The position numbers and the translations under genes are program-made. Under the pieces are notes generated by a model. It was not told the origin of the DNA and searched no databases. It saw only the letters and a program-made list of their open reading frames with translations. Shown one piece after another: positions 7,656 through 12,095 of a stretch of 12,095 nucleotides of DNA (its first letter is position 1; each line of letters opens with the position of its first letter). Origin of the DNA: Gemmatimonadota bacterium (GTDB taxonomy: Bacteria > Gemmatimonadota > Gemmatimonadetes > Gemmatimonadales > GWC2-71-9); contig JBDHDE010000071.1 of NCBI GenBank assembly GCA_039591655.1, forward strand, positions 1 to 12,095. The letters are read 5' to 3'.

Positions 7656-7736
7656 CAGTGTAATACTTGTGGTGAAGCCCCGGGCGACAAGCCGTTGGTC
7701 GCCCCGGAAGATTCGTCTTCATCGCGTTTGGCGCAA

Positions 7737-8117
7737 ATGGGAGCCTCCTTCCGAGTCGTACTGATCGACGACGACCCCGACCTGCTGAAGCTCACGCGGC
7801 TCACCCTGGAGCTGACTCCCGGCTGGGAGGTGACCCCGGCGGTGGATGGGGTAGAAGGCATCGACGCGGCCCGCACACTCAAGCCGGACGTGGTGGTGGT
7901 GGACCTCATGATGCCGCAGATGGACGGCTACGAGGTGTGCCGGCGCCTCAAGGCCGAGGCCGCGACCGCGGGCATTCCCGTTGTGCTCATGACGGCCCGG
8001 CGGGAGCTGGACCAGGCCAAGCTCCAAGAAGTGGGGGCCGCCGGCGTAGTGTTCAAGCCGTTCGAGCCCGACGAGTTGGCGCCCCAGGTTCGGGAGCTGG
8101 CAGGAGGCGGTCAATGA
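7737..8117 (+). CDS. Single-domain (CheY-like) response regulator, 126 aa
   Basis: VVLIDDD, DVVVVDLMMPQMDG, LMTA, KPF; no output domain. ATG 7737 is preferred over the track's TTG 7695 because the receiver fold starts right after it. Confidence 0.93.
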   Translation: MGASFRVVLIDDDPDLLKLTRLTLELTPGWEVTPAVDGVEGIDAARTLKPDVVVVDLMMPQMDGYEVCRRLKAEAATAGIPVVLMTARRELDQAKLQEVGAAGVVFKPFEPDELAPQVRELAGGGQ

Positions 8118-8488
8118 CGTCGATCGGTCCGCGGCACACCCCTTCGGGCCCGGTGGATCCCCTCGCCGAAGTGCGCAAGGAGTTTTCCCAAGGCCTGCCC
8201 GAGCGGCTCGAGGCGATGCAGGGAGCCTTGGCGGTGCTGCGCGGACGGTATGATGAGGGCCAGGCCGAGATCTTCTACCACCGGGCGCATTCACTGAAGG
8301 GGACCGCGGCCTCGTTCGAAGCCGATGAGCTGGCGGAGCACGCGGCGGTGCTGTCGAAACTGGGCCGCGGCTGGATGGAGGCGGGTGCCGTAAAGGCGGC
8401 TGAGCTGGAGAAGGCCGATGCCGCCCTCCACCGACTGGAAGTGGCCGTCGAGGCGTATCGCCGGGAAGTGGAGGGTGAGTCCAGGTGA
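8114..8488 (+). CDS. Stand-alone Hpt (histidine phosphotransfer) protein, 124 aa
   Basis: Hpt signature HRAHSLKGTAASFEADELAEHA in a helical sequence. Start reassigned from 7937 to ATG 8114, which overlaps the upstream stop (ATGA) and has AGGAGG at 8102-8107. Confidence 0.92.
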   Translation: MTSIGPRHTPSGPVDPLAEVRKEFSQGLPERLEAMQGALAVLRGRYDEGQAEIFYHRAHSLKGTAASFEADELAEHAAVLSKLGRGWMEAGAVKAAELEKADAALHRLEVAVEAYRREVEGESR

Positions 8489-10119
8489 GCGCGGCCGGCA
8501 AGTCGCGCTCCGGGGCCGACGCTGAACGCCTCGCGGTGGTCGGCGAGCTGGCATCTCTCATCAACACCACCTTCGACCTCGGCGAGATCTTCCGCGCCGC
8601 CATCCTCAAGCTCAAGCGGGTAATCGCGTTCCGCCGGGCCAGCGTGGTGCTGGTCTCGGCCGACCGCACCGAGTACGGCGTCCACACGCTGTACGACGAG
8701 CTGTACGGCGGGTTCATGCCGGTGAATGGGAGCTTCCCGATCGACAAAGGGCTCACCGGTGAGGCGATCCGCACCGGGAAGGCGCTGCGGATCGAGGGGT
8801 ACGAGGGCACCCAGGGGATCCGAGTGAACGGAGAGCACAACGTCTCCGTGCTCATCGTGCCGCTGCGAGTGGAGGACGCGGTGATCGGCACCCTCAACCT
8901 GGGGGCGCCCGAGGGGCAGGTGTACGGCGAGGCCGATCTGGAGCTTGCTCAGCTGCTGGCCCGGCCCATCGAGACCTCGCTGTACTACTCCAAGCTGTTC
9001 TCCACCATCGAACAGCAGCGCGGAGACCTCGCCGTGGAGCACGACAAGGTCGTCGCGGAGCGCAGTCAGCTCGCATCCCTGATCGAGGCTAGCCAGGCGG
9101 CAATCCTCATGGTGACTGACGGTAAGGTGGCCCATGCCAACAGCGTCATGGCGGAGCTATTGGGGCTTCCCGTCGAGGTGATGCTGGGAGCGCCCATGGA
9201 GCGTATCAACCAGGCGCTTGCGCGGTCGCTGGCTAACCCGGAAGCCCTGGCGCCGCAAACTGAGGCCCTGCTCAAGGGAGAGCAGCTGTTCCGCGATCGC
9301 GTCGAGCTGGTGTTCCCCCGGCAGCTGATATGCCAGCGGACCCTGGCTCCCGTACGGGGCCCGGAGGGCGACGTGCTGGGACACGTGCTCATCTACCGCG
9401 ATGTCACGGCGGAGGCCGAAGCGGAAGATGCCAAGGACGAGTTCGTATCGACGGTGAGCCACGAACTCCGTACGCCCCTGACGTCGGTCAAGACCTCCCT
9501 CAGCCTCCTGGGCAAAGGGGTGGCCGGCGAGGTCACCGACGAAATGCGGGAGTTCCTCGGCATCGCGCTGCGGAATCTGGAGCGGCTGATCCGGCTGGTG
9601 GACGACCTGCTCGATCTCTCGCGTATCGAGAGCGGCCGGCTTGTGACCAACGTCGAGCCGGTAGCCCTGGCACGGGTGGTGACCAGCGCAGTGGACGCGG
9701 TGCGCGGCTTCGCGGAGGTCCGAGAGGCTCGGCTGGAGGTGACCGAGGGCGAGCCGGTGACTGTGACGGCGGACGGCGATCGGTTGGAGCAGGTCATCGT
9801 CAACCTGCTGTCGAACGCCGTGAAGTTCTCTCCCGCCGGCGGCCGGGTGGGCCTCAGTTGGTCGCTCCAGGACGGGCAGGCGGTATTGGAGGTGTCTGAC
9901 GAGGGCCCTGGCATTCCGGTCTCCCAGCTGGACGCCGTGTTCGAGCGCTTCAGGCAACTGGGTGATTCATCCAGCCGCAGCGGTGGAGCGGGCCTGGGGT
10001 TGGCAATCAGCCGCAAGATCATCGAGCAGTTCGGCGGTTCCCTCTGGGTCGAGAGCCACGAGGGGGAGGGCGCCCGGTTCTTCGTTCGGTTGGAGGTGAC
10101 GGGAGAGGCGACCGGGTAG
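8485..10119 (+). CDS. Cytoplasmic sensor histidine kinase, GAF-PAS-HisKA-HATPase_c, 544 aa
   Basis: GAF: GLTGEAIRTGKAL, SVLIVPLRVEDAVIGTLNL. PAS-like: AILMVTDGKVAHANSVMAELLG, GHVLIYRDVT. H-box FVSTVSHELRTPLT, N-box QVIVNLLSNAVKFS, G1 DEGPGIP, F-box FERFRQ, G2 GAGLGLAIS. No transmembrane segment seen. The GTG start overlaps the Hpt stop (GTGA). Confidence 0.96.
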   Translation: MSAAGKSRSGADAERLAVVGELASLINTTFDLGEIFRAAILKLKRVIAFRRASVVLVSADRTEYGVHTLYDELYGGFMPVNGSFPIDKGLTGEAIRTGKALRIEGYEGTQGIRVNGEHNVSVLIVPLRVEDAVIGTLNLGAPEGQVYGEADLELAQLLARPIETSLYYSKLFSTIEQQRGDLAVEHDKVVAERSQLASLIEASQAAILMVTDGKVAHANSVMAELLGLPVEVMLGAPMERINQALARSLANPEALAPQTEALLKGEQLFRDRVELVFPRQLICQRTLAPVRGPEGDVLGHVLIYRDVTAEAEAEDAKDEFVSTVSHELRTPLTSVKTSLSLLGKGVAGEVTDEMREFLGIALRNLERLIRLVDDLLDLSRIESGRLVTNVEPVALARVVTSAVDAVRGFAEVREARLEVTEGEPVTVTADGDRLEQVIVNLLSNAVKFSPAGGRVGLSWSLQDGQAVLEVSDEGPGIPVSQLDAVFERFRQLGDSSSRSGGAGLGLAISRKIIEQFGGSLWVESHEGEGARFFVRLEVTGEATG

Positions 10120-10219
10120 GCCTCCCATCTCCACGCAGTTCTGGCAGCCATACTCTGTAGCTTTGGCATTCCCAGCTCCTTACAGCACCGGATTCCACTG
10201 CACATTTGGCGCAAATACC

Positions 10220-10235
10220 TGGCACCGCGGTTGCG
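10220..10235 (+). promoter_or_regulatory. Putative sigma54 (-24/-12) promoter for hsp20
   Basis: TGGCAC-CGCGG-TTGC(G) is an exact match to TGGCAC-N5-TTGC, in an intergenic region about 100 bp upstream of the hsp20 start. Predicted +1 near 10246. Confidence 0.8.
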
Positions 10236-10333
10236 TTACCCGTGTGCCGGAGGCCTGCGGGGGCGGTCCCCGCGGCAGCGATTCACAAACTCAGTCGCCA
10301 GGAAGGCGACGGCCGAATACGGAGGAATCTGCA

Positions 10334-10789
10334 ATGCTGTATCCGACGATCTGGCGCAAGCGCGCCCCCAGCCTGTGGGATGAGATGTTCAACATCCGGA
10401 ACGATTTCGACCAGCTGCTGGGCCGCAACGACGCCGAGGTAACCAGCGCCTGGTGCCCGGTGGTGGACGTTAGGGAAACCGAGGACGAGCTGGCCCTGCA
10501 GGCCGAGCTCCCCGGACTCACCCCGGAGCAGGTGAACGTGAGCGTCCAGAACGGCGTGCTCACGATCAGCGGTGAGAAGCAGCAGGAGCGCGAGGAGGGC
10601 AAGGACGGCTCGGAGTTCCATCTGGTGGAGCGTCGCTACGGCCGTTTCGAGCGCAGCTTCTCCCTGCCGCGCAGTGTAGACGCCGAGAAGGTGAAGGCCG
10701 AGTTCGCCAACGGTGTGCTGATCGTGAGCCTGCCCAAGGCCGAGGCGGCCAAGCCCCGTAAGATCGAGGTGAAGGTCAGCGAGAACTAG
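10334..10789 (+). CDS. Hsp20/alpha-crystallin family small heat-shock protein, 151 aa
   Basis: WCPVVDVRET, AELPGL, VLTISGEK, ERRYGRFERSFSLP, AEFANGVLIVSLPK and C-terminal IEV motif. Start reassigned to ATG 10334 with GGAGGA at 10321-10326. Confidence 0.96.
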   Translation: MLYPTIWRKRAPSLWDEMFNIRNDFDQLLGRNDAEVTSAWCPVVDVRETEDELALQAELPGLTPEQVNVSVQNGVLTISGEKQQEREEGKDGSEFHLVERRYGRFERSFSLPRSVDAEKVKAEFANGVLIVSLPKAEAAKPRKIEVKVSEN

Positions 10790-10824
10790 CCGTCACCGCC
10801 TCGCTCCCGCGGGCGCAGCACGAC

Positions 10825-10854
10825 GAAGAGCCCGGCCGATCGGCCGGGCTCTTC
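10825..10854. terminator. Probable bidirectional terminator hairpin between convergent hsp20 and kinase genes
   Basis: Perfect 30-bp palindrome GAAGAGCCCGGCCGATCGGCCGGGCTCTTC followed by a pyrimidine tail (TTCGTCTCT) on the plus strand. No classical long U-run. Confidence 0.7.
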
Positions 10855-10861
10855 TTCGTCT

Positions 10862-12094
10862 CTACCCCGCGGACGCCGTCTCAGCCGGCGGCGGCCCGTG
10901 CAGCCGCCACCACTCGGCGACCGCGTCCTCGGACCAGTGCCCCTTCGGGGCCGCGTCCCCCAGCATCTTCGATAGCGCCCGTGCATCGGGCGGCCGGCTC
11001 ATGGGGTCCTTCTCGAGACACTGCATGATGACGCGCTCGAGGCCTTGCGGGACCTCGAGCTCCGTGCGGGAAGAGGGGGGCGACGGCTTGTCCTTGCTGT
11101 GGGCCACCACCATCGCCATGGCCGAGCCCTTGTCGAACACCAGCTGTCCGGTAAGGAGCCAGTAGCCCACGCAACCCAGCGAGTAGATATCCGCCCGCCC
11201 GTCCACCGGCCCCTCGCCCAGGGCCATCTCCGGCGCGATGTAGGCCGGCGTGCCCGTCACCGCCCCCATGGCCGTGAGCTGGGCGTCCTGCTGCTCGGGC
11301 TGGGCCCGCTTCACGATCCCGAAGTCCAGCACCTTCACGAAGTCCAGGTCCGCACCGTAGCGGCACACGAATAGGTTGGCGGGCTTGATGTCGCGGTGGA
11401 TCATGCCCGCCTGGTGCGCCTCGTACAGCGAGTGGCACGCCTGCTTCAGCAGGGCCACCACCCGCTCCGCCGGCTGCGGGCCGTCCTGCTCCACCAGCCG
11501 CTGCAGGTCGATCCCGTCCAGCAGCTCCATCACGTAGTAGAAGGTGCCGTCCCGGGAGATCCCGAAGTCGTACAGCTCGATGGTGTGGGGGGAGCGGAGC
11601 GACGCCGTGGCCTGGGCCTCCCGCTCGAAGCGCCGCAGGACGTTGGCCGCCCCCGCCTCGTCCTTGGCTCCCAGGAGGTCGGGGTGGATCAGCTTCACGG
11701 CGGCCGAGCGGGCCAAGAGCCGGTGGGTGGCTTTCCAGACCTCGCCCATCCCGCCGCGGCCCAGGAGCTCCACCAGGTGGTAGCTCCCCATGGAGCGCGC
11801 CTTCTTGAGCCGCTCGCCCAACCCGAACACCACCCTGGAGATCATGGTCGCCAGGGCCACGGCGACGACGTTGGGCCACATGTAGCGCAGGAAGAGCGAT
11901 GCCTGGGGGAGCTGGTCGTCCCCCACCAAGGCGAACCCTACGGCGGTGAGGGGCTCGGTGGCGGCAGCCAGCAGCGAGGCTATCAAAGTCGCCCGCGGCG
12001 TGTTGGGCACGATGATGGGGTAGAGCAGTACCCACACCGCCACCGGCGACCAGAGAATGCCCACGCGCTGCGACTCGAACCAGTTGTACTCCAC
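10862..12094 (-). CDS. Membrane-anchored Hanks-type Ser/Thr protein kinase, partial (N-terminus beyond right edge)
   Basis: GRGGMGEVW, AAVKLI, RRFEREA, HRDIKPAN, VKVLDFG, GTPAYIAPE, DIYSLG. At least three hydrophobic segments precede the kinase domain. The frame is open to the window edge, so the track's GTG start is probably not the real start. Confidence 0.95.
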   Translation of the reverse strand: MEYNWFESQRVGILWSPVAVWVLLYPIIVPNTPRATLIASLLAAATEPLTAVGFALVGDDQLPQASLFLRYMWPNVVAVALATMISRVVFGLGERLKKARSMGSYHLVELLGRGGMGEVWKATHRLLARSAAVKLIHPDLLGAKDEAGAANVLRRFEREAQATASLRSPHTIELYDFGISRDGTFYYVMELLDGIDLQRLVEQDGPQPAERVVALLKQACHSLYEAHQAGMIHRDIKPANLFVCRYGADLDFVKVLDFGIVKRAQPEQQDAQLTAMGAVTGTPAYIAPEMALGEGPVDGRADIYSLGCVGYWLLTGQLVFDKGSAMAMVVAHSKDKPSPPSSRTELEVPQGLERVIMQCLEKDPMSRPPDARALSKMLGDAAPKGHWSEDAVAEWWRLHGPPPAETASAG

Positions 12095-12095
12095 G

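Noticed and set aside
7729..7744. Third sigma54 promoter at TGGCGC near the REC start
   Set aside because: No GC 10 nt after the GG, so the -12 element is missing.
7937..8113. Track N-terminal extensions of Hpt (from 7937); likewise hsp20 (from 10163) and REC (from 7695)
   Set aside because: They overlap the upstream gene or promoter; downstream ATGs fit domain boundaries, and for Hpt and hsp20 they have strong SD sequences.
10163..10189. CIRCE element upstream of hsp20
   Set aside because: TTGGCATTC resembles the left arm, but the sequence 9 nt later does not match GAGTGCTAA.
10290..10336. ROSE-type RNA thermometer
   Set aside because: No U(U/C)GCU motif positioned to pair with the SD, and no four-U stretch.
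6105..12035. Long alternative ORFs over the regulatory genes (6105-7430, 6502-7722, 7719-8897, 8275-9135, 9157-9957, 9393-10214, 10881-12035)
   Set aside because: Each overlaps a gene with clear family motifs and has the low-information composition typical of shadow frames.

Overview
High-GC bacterial DNA; the gene styles suggest Gemmatimonadota or a similar lineage, but that is inference only. The left half (1-5901, minus strand) is one uninterrupted reading frame of at least 1967 codons that the ORF track misses because it runs off the left edge. Hand translation gives a secreted giant surface protein: signal peptide, DUF2341-like domain, LamG domain, three tandem ~370-aa units (atypical LamG/ConA-like head plus conserved Ig-like stalk), an alpha/beta GATase1/ThuA-like domain and another LamG domain. 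It carries about 33 D-(S/T)-(A/I/L/V/M/T) tripeptides. Upstream lie a sigma54 -24/-12 element, an IHF-like site and two tandem 16-bp dyads (candidate enhancer), then a co-oriented NtrC-family activator with a GAFTDA loop. Divergent from the activator is a translationally coupled operon of a stand-alone receiver, a stand-alone Hpt and a cytoplasmic GAF-PAS histidine kinase. An Hsp20 gene with a consensus sigma54 promoter, a 30-bp palindromic terminator and a convergent, 5'-truncated membrane Ser/Thr kinase follow. The best candidate system is a four-step phosphorelay (kinase > REC > Hpt > sigma54 activator) switching on a giant, probably glycosylated, multi-lectin adhesin. No mobile element, CRISPR array or RNA gene was seen.
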